A DNA stretch of 64,000 nt from Candidatus Hydrogenedentota bacterium (lineage in GTDB: Bacteria; Hydrogenedentota; Hydrogenedentia; Hydrogenedentales; SLHB01): contig CAVUWV010000017.1 of NCBI GenBank assembly GCA_963745075.1, positions 64,001 through 128,000 of the forward strand, read 5' to 3'. The notes beneath the pieces were generated by a model. It made no database searches. It was not told the DNA's origin and was given only the letters and a program-made list of their open reading frames with translations. Below, in pieces: positions 49,753-60,336 of the stretch (position 1 is the first letter of the stretch; each line of letters starts with the position of its first letter). The translations under genes were made by a program, and so were the position numbers.

Positions 49753-50906
49753 GCGGGGGCGGCGCGATATTCTATCGCTACTGCTTACCGCTCCGGCGGC
49801 CGCTGCAGTTGCGCGACGTGACACTCAAAGAACGGACCGGATTTCTCGTCTGTCTGCGTTCGCCTTCGGGACACGCGGGATGGGGCGAAGTCGCTCCGTT
49901 GCCCGGATTCAGTGCGGAGTCTTTCGAGGAGGCACTGCGCCAGGCGGGCGGCGTTGTGGCGACGGTCGTATATCGAAATCTGGATGACGACGAACCGCGA
50001 TTCACCGGGTTGCGGCGCCAGGATTCCTTTCATCCTTCGGTTCGATTTGGAATGGAATCGGCGTTGTTGTCGCTTCGCGCAGCCAACGCGGGTACGCATC
50101 CAGCCAAGCTTCTCAATGAGTCTCCGCCCGATCGAATCGCCGTGAACGCTTTGCTTACCGGCACGGGCAAGTCCGTCGTCGACGAGGCGATAAGGCTGGC
50201 CGAACGCGGTTATGCAGCGGTGAAGCTGAAGGTTGGCCATGGTCCCCTTCGAGACGAAGCCGCGACCGTTCGCGATTTGCGCGCGGAACTGCCCGGCGCC
50301 GTGGCGATCCGTCTTGACGCGAACCGCGCCTGGAACTTCGAGGACGCTTGTGAATTTAGCGCAGCGATCGATCCCGAGACCATAGCCTATATCGAAGAAC
50401 CGCTTGTCGATCCAGGGAACTTGCTGGAATTCCACGCGAAAACCGGCGCCCCATATGCCGTAGATGAAACCCTTCAAGACATCGGCTGGCGCGTTGCTTC
50501 CTCCGTGCGCGAACACGGAAAAGAGCAGCTCGACCTGTTACCGGCTTATCCGCAGGTACATCTGGTGGACGCGGCCCTCCATGCCACGGCGTGGATTGTA
50601 AAACCAACGCTTCTCGGCGCGCCATTGGAGTTCTACTCGTCGTCGGCGCCGTCGCATGGCTATGGCGGGCCAGTCGTGGTAAGCTCTTCCTTCGAGACGG
50701 GTATGGGGTTGGTTTCGCTCGCAAATCTCGCCGCCGCGGCGAATCATGGTAGTATTCCCGTGGGGCTTGATACGCAATCCTGGCTTGCGGACGATACGCT
50801 GGAGGAGGAGTTGATCGACGTGAACGGTACCTGCGACGTCATACGCGCCTGCCGGTTGGCGGCGTCGCCCAAGTTGAGCGTGCTGGAGGAGATCGCCCAT
50901 GTCTGA
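49749..50906 (+). CDS. menC: o-succinylbenzoate synthase
   Basis: GWGEVAPLPGFS, KLKVG, RLDANRAW, YIEEP and AVDE enolase-superfamily motifs; the GTG start overlaps the menA stop. Confidence 0.92.
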   Translation: MSGGGAIFYRYCLPLRRPLQLRDVTLKERTGFLVCLRSPSGHAGWGEVAPLPGFSAESFEEALRQAGGVVATVVYRNLDDDEPRFTGLRRQDSFHPSVRFGMESALLSLRAANAGTHPAKLLNESPPDRIAVNALLTGTGKSVVDEAIRLAERGYAAVKLKVGHGPLRDEAATVRDLRAELPGAVAIRLDANRAWNFEDACEFSAAIDPETIAYIEEPLVDPGNLLEFHAKTGAPYAVDETLQDIGWRVASSVREHGKEQLDLLPAYPQVHLVDAALHATAWIVKPTLLGAPLEFYSSSAPSHGYGGPVVVSSSFETGMGLVSLANLAAAANHGSIPVGLDTQSWLADDTLEEELIDVNGTCDVIRACRLAASPKLSVLEEIAHV

Positions 50907-52365
50907 ACGCTCCTGGCCCCTGGCGGTGCCGGCGGGCGGTATCGGCGACGCTCCGGCCATCGTGGGCACGGAAAGCGTGACGACGTACAACGCCTATGCC
51001 GAAGTCGCAGAGCGGATCGCAGGTGTCTTTTACCGGGCCGGTCTGGAGCCCGGCGACCGCATCGCCATTCTTTCCCTTCCTTCCAGCGACTACCCGAAAC
51101 TGATCGTGGGGTGCTTTCATGCGGGGGTTGTGGCCTGTCCGCTGAATACGCGTGTCCCGCGGCAGAGTCTCGGCGACTGGTGTCAACGCACGAACATCAA
51201 AGCCCTGTGTGTGGACGAATGCTTTTCCGGCGTGGAGTTCGACTCCATTCCGACCATTGAAATCGCCGAAGTGTTGGCCTCCACCTTTAGCGATCCCGCA
51301 CCCCACGTCGTGGATCCGCGTCAGCCCGCGGTTATCCTCGGCACGTCGGGCAGTACCGGCGAGCCGAAAGCCGCGCTGCATACCTTGGGCAGCCTGAGCC
51401 AGAACGCGTTTGCGTCAAATCGCAACCTTCCCCTGGCGCCCGGCGATCGGTGGCTGCTATCCCTTCCACTGTTTCACGTGTCCGGCTTGGGCATCCTGTT
51501 CCGTTGTCTGTGGAGCGGGGCGACGGTCGTCGTCCGCGAGCCCGACGTTCCCCTCGATCGGGCGATCCTCGAGCATGAAGTCACACACGTCTCCCTTGTT
51601 GCGACACAACTGTTCCGGTTGCTTCAGACCCGGGACGGCATGGAAGCTTTGGCTCGTTTGAAAGTCATCCTCGTCGGCGGGAGCGCCATCCCCACCTCCG
51701 TCATCGGCGAAGCGTATGTGCGGAAACTTCCGGTGTGCACGACCTACGGCCTCACCGAGACCGCCTCGCAGATTACGGCCACCCGGCCGGGAGAACCCTT
51801 GCGCGTGCTCCAGACCTCGGGCCGTCCGCTGCTTCCCGGCACGGTGTCCATCTCACCGGACGGCGAGATTCTGGTACGCGGCGCGACCTTGTTCCAGGGG
51901 TACGTCGACAGGGACCGGATGGACTTGCCGCTTACGCCGGACGGTTGGTTCGAAACCGGCGATCTCGGCGAATTCGATGATGCCGGTAATCTCCACGTCA
52001 TCGGGCGCCGGGACAACATGTTTGTATCCGGAGGGGAGAACATCCAACCGGAAGAAGTGGAACGCTGGCTGTGCCGCCTCGAGGGCGTAATCGAGACCAT
52101 AGTCGTCCCGGTCCAGAACGCCGAGTTCGGCTCCCGGCCCGTGGCCTTCGTGCGGGTGTCGCAAAAGGAATTCATGCAGCCGGTGCGCTTTGCTGCGTTT
52201 CTCGTGGAGCATTTGCCCGGCTACAAGGTCCCGAACATCTTCCTCCCCTGGCCCGAAGAACGCGATGAACGGAGCATGAAAGTGAACCGCGAACACCTCC
52301 GGGAACTCGCTGAACTGCACCAACAGGGCGAATCCGCCCGAATCGTCGGCGCGGAAGAAGACTGA
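50899..52365 (+). CDS. menE: o-succinylbenzoate-CoA ligase
   Basis: TSGSTGEPK, LPLFHVSG, TYGLTE, TGDLG and SGGENIQPEE. Confidence 0.95.
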   Translation: MSERSWPLAVPAGGIGDAPAIVGTESVTTYNAYAEVAERIAGVFYRAGLEPGDRIAILSLPSSDYPKLIVGCFHAGVVACPLNTRVPRQSLGDWCQRTNIKALCVDECFSGVEFDSIPTIEIAEVLASTFSDPAPHVVDPRQPAVILGTSGSTGEPKAALHTLGSLSQNAFASNRNLPLAPGDRWLLSLPLFHVSGLGILFRCLWSGATVVVREPDVPLDRAILEHEVTHVSLVATQLFRLLQTRDGMEALARLKVILVGGSAIPTSVIGEAYVRKLPVCTTYGLTETASQITATRPGEPLRVLQTSGRPLLPGTVSISPDGEILVRGATLFQGYVDRDRMDLPLTPDGWFETGDLGEFDDAGNLHVIGRRDNMFVSGGENIQPEEVERWLCRLEGVIETIVVPVQNAEFGSRPVAFVRVSQKEFMQPVRFAAFLVEHLPGYKVPNIFLPWPEERDERSMKVNREHLRELAELHQQGESARIVGAEED

Positions 52366-52366
52366 T

Positions 52367-53647
52367 TCAGTTCTTCCCCAGAAACTCCCAGAAATTCCCG
52401 CCCAAAAGCTTTGCCGTATCGCGGCGGATTTCGTCTTCCGTGAGCGTCCATCCCGTCGCAAGAATATCCGCATACTTATCCGCAAGCACCTTGCCGACGA
52501 TCGCGCGGGAGTGGCCCCATTTGTAGAGCACTTGTTCGAGCACCCGCGCGTCGGAATGCTGGGGAACGACGCTCGTTCCGAGCAATTCGAAGCGCATGCG
52601 CGTCATCTCTTCGATCAGGCTCGGGTTGTTTAAGAACCACCAGCACCCGAACAGGAACAGGTTCGGAAATTTGCGGGCCGTCACGCACAGTTCGTGCTGG
52701 TTCTCCCGCGACAAAAATGTGGTCATGAATTTGTTATCCGGATGGGCCGCACAGAGCCGTTCCAATGCGCCCACGTCCGACTTTGCCACGCCGTCTCCCG
52801 CCAGCCGCAGTGCCGGATTCACCGCGCGCTTCACGCCAATCATCGTGGCGAAGGGAATGCCCTGTTCCGCCGCGACCGGGACAATGCACGAATCAATGAC
52901 CTTCACCCGCACGGAGTCCTCGGGGTAAGCGAAGTCCGGCGGCAGGGAGACGGCCATATAAAGCGCCTTCATCCGCTGAATCCATTCCGTCAAGAAACGG
53001 CGGACCTCCCGGACGGTCTTGGCATTCAGCGTAGCTTCCACGTCGTAGCCCCACGCCTTAAGCCGCTGGTGTGCGTTGCCCCAGTCGTTCAACAAGGGAT
53101 CGATGCGGAGTGCTGCGTGAAACCGCGGATCCCCGCCGTAGCCCCGCTCCCACACGGGACGCTCCAGGTCGTCGAAGGGATCGTTCGTCATCACGACGCT
53201 GCTCAGATTTGCCCGTTCGAACACGCGGTCGATATGTGCGGAAGGATCGGCGTCCTTAAAGAATTCGCGGTACGATGCGAGATTGCGCGAAGCCACATCC
53301 AGCCCAAGCTTGTCGAGCACGGTCAATACGCCGCGGCAGGCTTCGCTGTACGGTGTGCGCTTCACAAATAACTCGTGCCAAATGCAGTCTGCCTGTTCCT
53401 GTTTAGACCGCTTCCAGTAGGCGTCGTAGTCCATCCGCGTGGCCCGCATGACCTCCGCGATGAGGTAGTGATACGTTAGCAACTCGTCCAGACCGAACAA
53501 CAGCAGCTCGCCGAAGGGCGGGGCGTAAAGATGCGTGTGCAAGTCCGTCACCGGCGTTTCGGCGACAATGCCCGACACCGCCTCACGCATCGCTGCGGCG
53601 TCATTCCGGCCATAGATTTTGATGTTGACATGCGTGCTGGTTGTCAT
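52367..53647 (-). CDS. uxaC: Uronate (glucuronate) isomerase, divergent UxaC-like subfamily
   Basis: DLHTHL, LLTYHYL, MTNDPFD, GCWWFLNNP and QHSDAR. Confidence 0.85.
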   Translation of the reverse strand: MTTSTHVNIKIYGRNDAAAMREAVSGIVAETPVTDLHTHLYAPPFGELLLFGLDELLTYHYLIAEVMRATRMDYDAYWKRSKQEQADCIWHELFVKRTPYSEACRGVLTVLDKLGLDVASRNLASYREFFKDADPSAHIDRVFERANLSSVVMTNDPFDDLERPVWERGYGGDPRFHAALRIDPLLNDWGNAHQRLKAWGYDVEATLNAKTVREVRRFLTEWIQRMKALYMAVSLPPDFAYPEDSVRVKVIDSCIVPVAAEQGIPFATMIGVKRAVNPALRLAGDGVAKSDVGALERLCAAHPDNKFMTTFLSRENQHELCVTARKFPNLFLFGCWWFLNNPSLIEEMTRMRFELLGTSVVPQHSDARVLEQVLYKWGHSRAIVGKVLADKYADILATGWTLTEDEIRRDTAKLLGGNFWEFLGKN

Positions 53648-53771
53648 GGTGCGAAACCCTCTCGATTCTCGTTCTAGACGCGCTCGCCCGTTCTTGGCGA
53701 GCACCTATGAGGCTACGCAATTTTCACGCGAGTAGTGCCGGGAACGAATAGAAACCCGTCGAGCGGTTGCG

Positions 53772-54058
53772 AAGAACATCCCGCTTGATCCCCCTTCAAA
53801 GGGGGAAGTGGGAACTTCGCAAATTGCGGGTACCCTTCACGTCGTCCTGCAATCATATGGGTTCGCCGTTCGTCCGAACGCGCCGCGAAGCGGACGCAAG
53901 CAATTCCCTCCCTTTGAAGACAGGACCGACAAAAGTCAATGCCTGGACCTTGGGTGACGCGCAAGTCGTTGCCGAGCCTGGACCGCTTTTGCACAAACCG
54001 GACCGTTGGCGACTTTTGTCGGCTCCCCCTTTGAAGGGGGATCAAGGGGGATGTTCTT
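53772..54058. repeat. Nested inverted-repeat REP/MITE-like element
   Basis: 35-bp arms at 53772-53806 and 54024-54058 are reverse complements at 34/35 positions. There is also an inner perfect 12-bp IR at 53926-53937/54011-54022. Confidence 0.85.
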
Positions 54059-54095
54059 TCGCGTATGCCTCTTGTGCTTCCGATTCTGTCTTCTG

Positions 54096-55685
54096 CTAAC
54101 TCAACGCCTTCCGCGCGTCGCCGGCGATCCGGGTCGGAATGCCCAGGTGCAGGCAGGTGCTCACCAGCTCCTGTAGGATATCGCCATACCCGATGGTGAT
54201 GTGGTTCGACATGTGCGATGCCATGCACTGGTCGCGGTCATATCCCGGGATGTGCACGTTGGCGATAGGCCACACCTTCGTGGTCTTGTTCAGCCGGTCC
54301 TGGACTTCGGCGTCCGGCATGTCCAGCACGTCGCCCGTGCCGCAGTCCATACCGAGTTGACCGAAGTGCTCGTAACACCGTGCCCAGGTAATCACGCCGG
54401 GTTTCGACACGCCCGAACAGGTCCCGCCGCCCTTCGGGAAGTACATCGGCGGCTGGCGATAGACCTTCGCGTGTTGCCATCCGCCATAGTGGGCGGGCGG
54501 CGCGCCGCCGGAAATGAGCAGCACCCACGCGAACTTGCCCTCCCATTCACGGCCCCAACGCACGTCGTGGAGCGTCGTCTCCGGCGCCATCTTCTTGCGC
54601 TGGTAGATTTCGTTCATAAGCATCTGCGGAATGCCAGACCCCAAATCGCCTTCGTTGAAGTGGGGGAGGGGCTTGCCCTTGTGCACCACTTTCCGCGTTT
54701 CCAGGCTTACGATATCGGGGCGGTCCACATTGTTCAGCATCCCTTCCACAAGATCCGACGCGGGCACCTGGCGCATCAGGCCCAATTGATAGGGGATGCC
54801 GATGGCCGACAATCCGTAGCGCTCGTACACGCGTCCGGCGGCGATGTACATCTTCATCTGGCTCAGGACCTGCGCATGCACCAGATGTTCGGAGGCGTCG
54901 TGGCCCCAATCGAACCACGTCTTCTTCTTGACGAGCCAATTCAACATCTTCTGCGCTTCGGCGTCGCTGACGAGGTCCATTTCCGCCATAAGGTCCGACT
55001 GATTGAGGTATTCAATCGGCATTCCGACTGCGCCGACTTTGCCCGGATCGAGCACGGCGTTCAGCATGCCCATGCAGCCTGGATCGAACTGCCCCATAAT
55101 GCGGCGGTTGGTCAGGATATCCTTGGCAAACGCCTCGCCAAATTTGTGCGCGCTCGCGGAAAGCTTCAGTTTGTTAGCATCCGTCACGTGGGACAGGCTG
55201 TGGGTAATCACGCCCGTCTTCACCCACGTTTGGAGTTGCTTCATGAACGACTTGTCTTTCGCGAAGCTCTCGCTCCAGATGCGCGAATGCTTGACCCCGA
55301 GTCGCGCCAGTGTGCCGGCGTGGTTGAGCAACGCCACCAGTCCCGGCCACGTGCCGTCGAAATTGGCCAGCAGCAGGATCGGTCCTTTGTGCGTTTGCAG
55401 TGCGCCCGAGACATGCGTCGAGTAGGCCCAGCAACTGAGTACAATTACGACGGGTGCATCGGGTTCGATCTTGGAGAAAACCCCTGTCCCGGCACATTGG
55501 CGATTGAGAAAACCGTGTTTCTTCTTCTTGTCGAATCTGGGCAGAACTTCCGTCTGCACACCGAGTTTGGTGAACGCGGCCTTTACGGACTTTAACGTGG
55601 CTTCCTGCATCGGCCAGCACACGACGTTGGCCGAATCCCGAAAGTCCCCGTTGGAAATGAGATATACCTTCTTACTCTTCGCCAT
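54096..55685 (-). CDS. L-fucose/L-arabinose isomerase-superfamily protein, substrate uncertain
   Basis: WPGLVALLN, GCMGM, IGIPYQ, PHFNEGD, TLHDVRWG and SNHITIGYG resemble FucI-fold proteins. Confidence 0.75.
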   Translation of the reverse strand: MAKSKKVYLISNGDFRDSANVVCWPMQEATLKSVKAAFTKLGVQTEVLPRFDKKKKHGFLNRQCAGTGVFSKIEPDAPVVIVLSCWAYSTHVSGALQTHKGPILLLANFDGTWPGLVALLNHAGTLARLGVKHSRIWSESFAKDKSFMKQLQTWVKTGVITHSLSHVTDANKLKLSASAHKFGEAFAKDILTNRRIMGQFDPGCMGMLNAVLDPGKVGAVGMPIEYLNQSDLMAEMDLVSDAEAQKMLNWLVKKKTWFDWGHDASEHLVHAQVLSQMKMYIAAGRVYERYGLSAIGIPYQLGLMRQVPASDLVEGMLNNVDRPDIVSLETRKVVHKGKPLPHFNEGDLGSGIPQMLMNEIYQRKKMAPETTLHDVRWGREWEGKFAWVLLISGGAPPAHYGGWQHAKVYRQPPMYFPKGGGTCSGVSKPGVITWARCYEHFGQLGMDCGTGDVLDMPDAEVQDRLNKTTKVWPIANVHIPGYDRDQCMASHMSNHITIGYGDILQELVSTCLHLGIPTRIAGDARKALS

Positions 55686-55869
55686 AATTCCCCATCCCTA
55701 TTGGTTATCCCCCTGGCTCGCGTATGAGTAGATATGATTCCGACTTCCGCGGCAGACGGGTCGCCTCATTCTGGAAGGATTCTGCGCAAAGATCAAGCGT
55801 CCCGAGGTCCCGGAGCCGCGTGCCCGAAATCCGTTGCCTGCCGTCTTTCGTTGTGCGAGAATGGCGCAC

Positions 55870-56841
55870 ATGCGATACGTTCGAACCATTGAAGTCATCC
55901 TGGGGGCGGTGTTTATCTTTTCCGCCGTGACCAAGGCGCTCGATATCTACCAGTTCGCGGTGCAGGTGTCGTATTACGGCTTGGTCAAGGAGCCCTCGCT
56001 GGTCCGGCTCATCGCCTACCTCATGGTCGGCTTGGAGACCGCCCTGGGCGCGTGCCTCTTGGCAGGCGTGCGTCTACGCGGATTGACGCCGATCGGTACG
56101 ATCGCCTTGCTTCTCGCGTTTTCCGGGCTTGTCTTGTACGCGTGGCAGTACCGTGGCTTGCAGGAGTGTGGCTGTTTCGGCAAATACATCCAGATGGGTC
56201 CCAAGTCAACGCTTGCCAAGAACGTGGTGCTGATTGCACTCGCCGTTGCTGCATGGGCTGGTGCTCGCCGCATACCCAAACCGGCCGAGGGCCCCGTACC
56301 TGACAAGACATCCAAATGGCGCCCGGGATACGTGCTCGGAACGCTGGGGCTTCTCGCGGTGGTTCTCGCCGCGGCCATGGGCAAGACGCCCCCGCCCAAG
56401 ACGCCAACGTCAACGACTTCAACGTCCGGCGCGCCGTTCGCGAAGTTCGTGTTCACCACGGAAACTGGGGAGGAGGTCGACCTGGGGTCTGGCGAGTATT
56501 TTGTCGCCATGTTGAGCGCCACGTGTGAACATTGTCAGGCGGCGAGTATCCTGCTCAACGACCTCATGTTCATGCCCGATGTCCCGACGACAGTCGGCCT
56601 GCTGATGGCGGAGGACTCCTCGGAAGTCGACGACTTCAATGCCATCGTCCAGCCGGTGTTCGTCATCCACGTTATCGACACCTTGGAGTGGAGTTATTTG
56701 ATCGGAAAGGAACCGCCGCGCTTCTATGTCATCCACGACGGTGTCCCCCTCCGGCATCTGGACACGTTGGACCCCACCCTCGACGAACTCTACGAATTCG
56801 CTACACAGCCGGATGAGGAACCCGCCGCCGCTGCCAATTAG
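55870..56841 (+). CDS. MauE/DoxX-family membrane protein fused to a thioredoxin-like domain
   Basis: Several TM helices with ECGCFG; C-terminal SATCEHC CxxC and a PP motif. Confidence 0.8.
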   Translation: MRYVRTIEVILGAVFIFSAVTKALDIYQFAVQVSYYGLVKEPSLVRLIAYLMVGLETALGACLLAGVRLRGLTPIGTIALLLAFSGLVLYAWQYRGLQECGCFGKYIQMGPKSTLAKNVVLIALAVAAWAGARRIPKPAEGPVPDKTSKWRPGYVLGTLGLLAVVLAAAMGKTPPPKTPTSTTSTSGAPFAKFVFTTETGEEVDLGSGEYFVAMLSATCEHCQAASILLNDLMFMPDVPTTVGLLMAEDSSEVDDFNAIVQPVFVIHVIDTLEWSYLIGKEPPRFYVIHDGVPLRHLDTLDPTLDELYEFATQPDEEPAAAAN

Positions 56842-58022
56842 CTCCAGCGGGTCAACGGGTGCGTGCGATTCTTCAGGGGAAGTTCAACTGTCTTTCCCGC
56901 TGTATACGCCGCAAAGACACCCTGGATCATTTCCTCCGTGTTCCGGCCGTCCTGCAAGCTGACCTCAGGCATCCGGTCTTCTTCGATGGAGGCGATCAGA
57001 TCGTTGATAATCGGCGCGTACCGTTCCAGGTGCTCGTCCTTCATCACCTGCTTCGGAGCGCCCGGCAGCGGTTCCCATCGGGCCCCGTTCATGCCCGTCC
57101 ACGATTTGTCACGCAGCAGCAGCACCTCCGGGATGACGTCCATGCGCACCGAGATCATGCCTTCCGCGCCGCAAATATCCATGCCCCACCGGGAGCCGCT
57201 CGCGTCGCCGCTCTTCATGGATCCGAATGTCCCCGGGACGCCCTTCGCAAAACCGTAGGCGGCGTGCAGACGATTCCCCACGATCGGCCCCAGTGGTTCG
57301 GAGGCTTCCATCACATTCGCTGGCGTGGCCGGCCGCCCGTTCCAGGTGATGTCCGACGAGCACCAGGTCGGCATGCCGAACAGCCAAATCATGATGTCGA
57401 ATACGTGACAGCCCAGGACGATCAGGTCTTCACCGCCCGCCCGATTGTCCTCCTTGCCTCGCGCGCGAATCTCGAGCGGGCTGCCGATGAGCTTATCGTC
57501 GTAAATGGCTTTCTTGAGGTATTGGATGATCTGCGTGACGCGAAAGTTGAACCCGATGGTCCATTTCAGATTCCTGGCTTCGATGGCCGAAATCATCTCA
57601 TCGGCTTCGGCGAGGTCGACACAAAGCGGTTTCTCCATGAACCCGTGCGCGCCGATGTCTGCGCACGCGAGAAGATACTCCTTGTGATTCACCGACCAGC
57701 GCGGCGCAATGGCGACCAGATTCGGTTTTTCCTTGTCCAGCATTTCCCGCCAATCGGCGTACAGGTTCTGGGCATTCGCTTCCTTGCCGTGCTTGACCCG
57801 GCCCGCCTCGTTCGGATCGGCCAATCCCACGACAGCCACATCGTCGCGTACGCCCCAGACCCGATGCACGTCGTGACCGTAGCCGCCGTGTTCCGTGTCG
57901 CCGATGATACAGGCGCGGTACTTCTTCCCACCCTCGGCGGCGAAGGCCTTTCCTGCCGCCCCCGCGAGGATCGGCGCGGCGGCCATGGACGTGAGAAAGG
58001 AACGTCTATTCAGATTCGCCAT
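56838..58022 (-). CDS. Tat-exported Gfo/Idh/MocA oxidoreductase
   Basis: NRRSFL twin-arginine signal, Rossmann region, MEKPL and CHVFD. Confidence 0.9.
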   Translation of the reverse strand: MANLNRRSFLTSMAAAPILAGAAGKAFAAEGGKKYRACIIGDTEHGGYGHDVHRVWGVRDDVAVVGLADPNEAGRVKHGKEANAQNLYADWREMLDKEKPNLVAIAPRWSVNHKEYLLACADIGAHGFMEKPLCVDLAEADEMISAIEARNLKWTIGFNFRVTQIIQYLKKAIYDDKLIGSPLEIRARGKEDNRAGGEDLIVLGCHVFDIMIWLFGMPTWCSSDITWNGRPATPANVMEASEPLGPIVGNRLHAAYGFAKGVPGTFGSMKSGDASGSRWGMDICGAEGMISVRMDVIPEVLLLRDKSWTGMNGARWEPLPGAPKQVMKDEHLERYAPIINDLIASIEEDRMPEVSLQDGRNTEEMIQGVFAAYTAGKTVELPLKNRTHPLTRWS

Positions 58023-58257
58023 GAGAATTCTCCTTTGCGACGTGCCGTGCATTCCGGTGTTCAGAGCTGCCAGAATACATCACGATTCGCCGCCGAGTCC
58101 ACGAAAGCACAGCGCGCTACGTTGAATTCGCCTCGAAATTGGCGTTCCCCTCAAAAACCATTTCGCGCGTGCCGACATGCAAAGGTAGACGCCGCAACGA
58201 TCCCTTGGTACAATCCCCGCCCTTGTCCATGCGCAATCCCTGACGAAGGATGTAACA

Positions 58258-60336
58258 TTGATTTCGAGTCGAAAACTACTCGCCGGACTCAATCCGGAGC
58301 AAGCGGAAGCGGTCCGTCAGACGGAAGGTCCGGTCCTCATTCTCGCCGGCGCCGGCAGTGGCAAGACGCGCGTGATCACCCGGCGCATCGCCTATCTTAT
58401 CGCCGAAGGGATTGCGGAGCCCGAATCCATTCTGGCGTTGACCTTTACCAACAAAGCCGCGGAAGAAATGCGCGTCCGCATTGCAGAACTGGTCGGCAAG
58501 AAGACTGCCGACCGTCTCGTTCTGTCCACGTTTCATTCGTTCTGCTTGCGCGTATTGCGCACCGAATGTGATCGCATCGGGTATCGCCGGAATTTCACGG
58601 TATCCGGCGAGTCGGATACGCGGACGCTGGTCCGCCGTATGCTTGACGACATTGCGGACGTGAAAGAGAGCTTCAGTCCGGCCATCGTGCTCGAACGGAT
58701 CAGCTTGGTGAAATGCGGTAAGGCGACACTGGATGCCAACGGTACGACGACAAAGAGTGAGGTCGAGTCCGCGACGGAAGCGAAGTACGGCAAGTGGCTG
58801 CCCGAGTTTTACCAACGGTATCAGTCGGCGTTGCGGGCGTCCAATACCATGGATTTCGACGATCTCCTCGGGCTCACATTGAAACTGTGGCAGGAACACC
58901 CGCGCGTGCTGGCCCGATATCAGAAGCAGTATCGGTATGTGATGGTCGACGAGTACCAGGACACCAATCACATCCAGTACGAATTGCTGTCCGCACTCGT
59001 CGCGGCGCACCGCAACCTGTGTGTCGTCGGCGACGACGACCAATCTATCTACGCCTGGCGAGGCGCGGGGATCGAAAACATCCTCGACTTCGAGCGGGAG
59101 TATCCGAAAGCCCACGTCGTCCGGCTCGAACAGAACTATCGCTCGACGACGACAATCCTCGATGCGGCAAACCACGTCATCCTGAACAACCGGGAGCGGC
59201 GTCCCAAGAAACTCTGGAGTGACCTCGGCGAAGGCCGAGTCATCGACTGGATCGTCACGGGGGACGAAGAACACGAAGCCAAGGAAGCCGTGAACTGGCT
59301 TGGCCACATCGTCCAGCGGTCCAATGCGGAATTCGGCGACTTCGCCTTGTTGTACCGGTCCAACCAGCAGTCCCGTCCCCTGGAAATCGCCTTCCGGCAA
59401 GCGGGCATCCCGTACGAAGTGTATGGGGGGCAGGACTTCTTCGAGCGCAGCGAGGTGCGCGATGTGGTGGCTTACCTGCGTACCATCGCCAATCCCCGGG
59501 ATGAGTCGGCCTTTCTCCGTGTGGTCAATGTTCCGCGGCGCGGCATTGGGGACGTCACCCTGCACGAAGTGCACGAACTGTGCCGGGCCGAATCCCTGAC
59601 CCTCGGAAAAGGGCTGGCGGCGGCGCTGGCCCGTCAGAAAGTCTCCAGCCAGGCGGAAGCCGGTATCCGTACGTTTCTCGCGGTACTGACCGAGTTTCGG
59701 CGGCGTTTTCGGGAGTGCGATGGGCGTTTGGCCGAAACCCTCGAAGCGCTCCTCATGCGGATCGCCTACCGCGCCGAACTCGTCCGAACCAGCAAGACTC
59801 CCGACCAAGCCTCGGTTCGTTGGGCGAACGTCGAAGCGGTCGTCGCGGCCATGGCCGACTACGAACGTTCCACGTCCCATCCGACCCTGAGCGGATTCCT
59901 CGATCAAAGCTCTCTCGATACGTCCGACATCAAAGGACGCGGGCGGGAACGGCGCAAGGATGCGGTGTCGCTCATGACAATTCACAGTGCAAAAGGGCTG
60001 GAGTTCCCCTTCGTCTTCGTGATGGGCGTGGAGGAAGGGCTACTGCCGCACGACAAGTGCGTGGGCGAACGGGCCGTCGAAGAAGAGCGCCGTCTGTTTT
60101 ACGTGGCACTGACACGCGGAAAGCGCCATGTGACGCTATTCGAAGCCATCTCCCGCGTGCGCAACGGGCGGGAGCGCATGGCGTCGACCAGCCGCTTCGT
60201 CAAGGAGATTCCCGAGTCCCTGGTGAATCGTCACATCCGGGCCGCGCACGACATGGTGCGTGCTCGCGTCGAGCCACCTGCGTTGAAGACGCGCCGCGGC
60301 AAGCCTAGGGCATCGACTCGCAGTCGAAAGCGATAA
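58258..60336 (+). CDS. UvrD/PcrA/Rep superfamily 1 DNA helicase
   Basis: AGAGSGKT, TFTNKAA, VDEYQDTN, VGDDDQSIY, LEQNYRS, TIHSAKGLEF and EERRLFYVALTR. Confidence 0.96.
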   Translation: MISSRKLLAGLNPEQAEAVRQTEGPVLILAGAGSGKTRVITRRIAYLIAEGIAEPESILALTFTNKAAEEMRVRIAELVGKKTADRLVLSTFHSFCLRVLRTECDRIGYRRNFTVSGESDTRTLVRRMLDDIADVKESFSPAIVLERISLVKCGKATLDANGTTTKSEVESATEAKYGKWLPEFYQRYQSALRASNTMDFDDLLGLTLKLWQEHPRVLARYQKQYRYVMVDEYQDTNHIQYELLSALVAAHRNLCVVGDDDQSIYAWRGAGIENILDFEREYPKAHVVRLEQNYRSTTTILDAANHVILNNRERRPKKLWSDLGEGRVIDWIVTGDEEHEAKEAVNWLGHIVQRSNAEFGDFALLYRSNQQSRPLEIAFRQAGIPYEVYGGQDFFERSEVRDVVAYLRTIANPRDESAFLRVVNVPRRGIGDVTLHEVHELCRAESLTLGKGLAAALARQKVSSQAEAGIRTFLAVLTEFRRRFRECDGRLAETLEALLMRIAYRAELVRTSKTPDQASVRWANVEAVVAAMADYERSTSHPTLSGFLDQSSLDTSDIKGRGRERRKDAVSLMTIHSAKGLEFPFVFVMGVEEGLLPHDKCVGERAVEEERRLFYVALTRGKRHVTLFEAISRVRNGRERMASTSRFVKEIPESLVNRHIRAAHDMVRARVEPPALKTRRGKPRASTRSRKR

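Noticed and set aside
54201..59985. Long antisense ORFs (e.g. 54201..55595, 56859..58571, 58276..59985; also 15515..16897 and 23498..24832)
   Set aside because: These are shadow frames of well-supported genes, expected at high GC.
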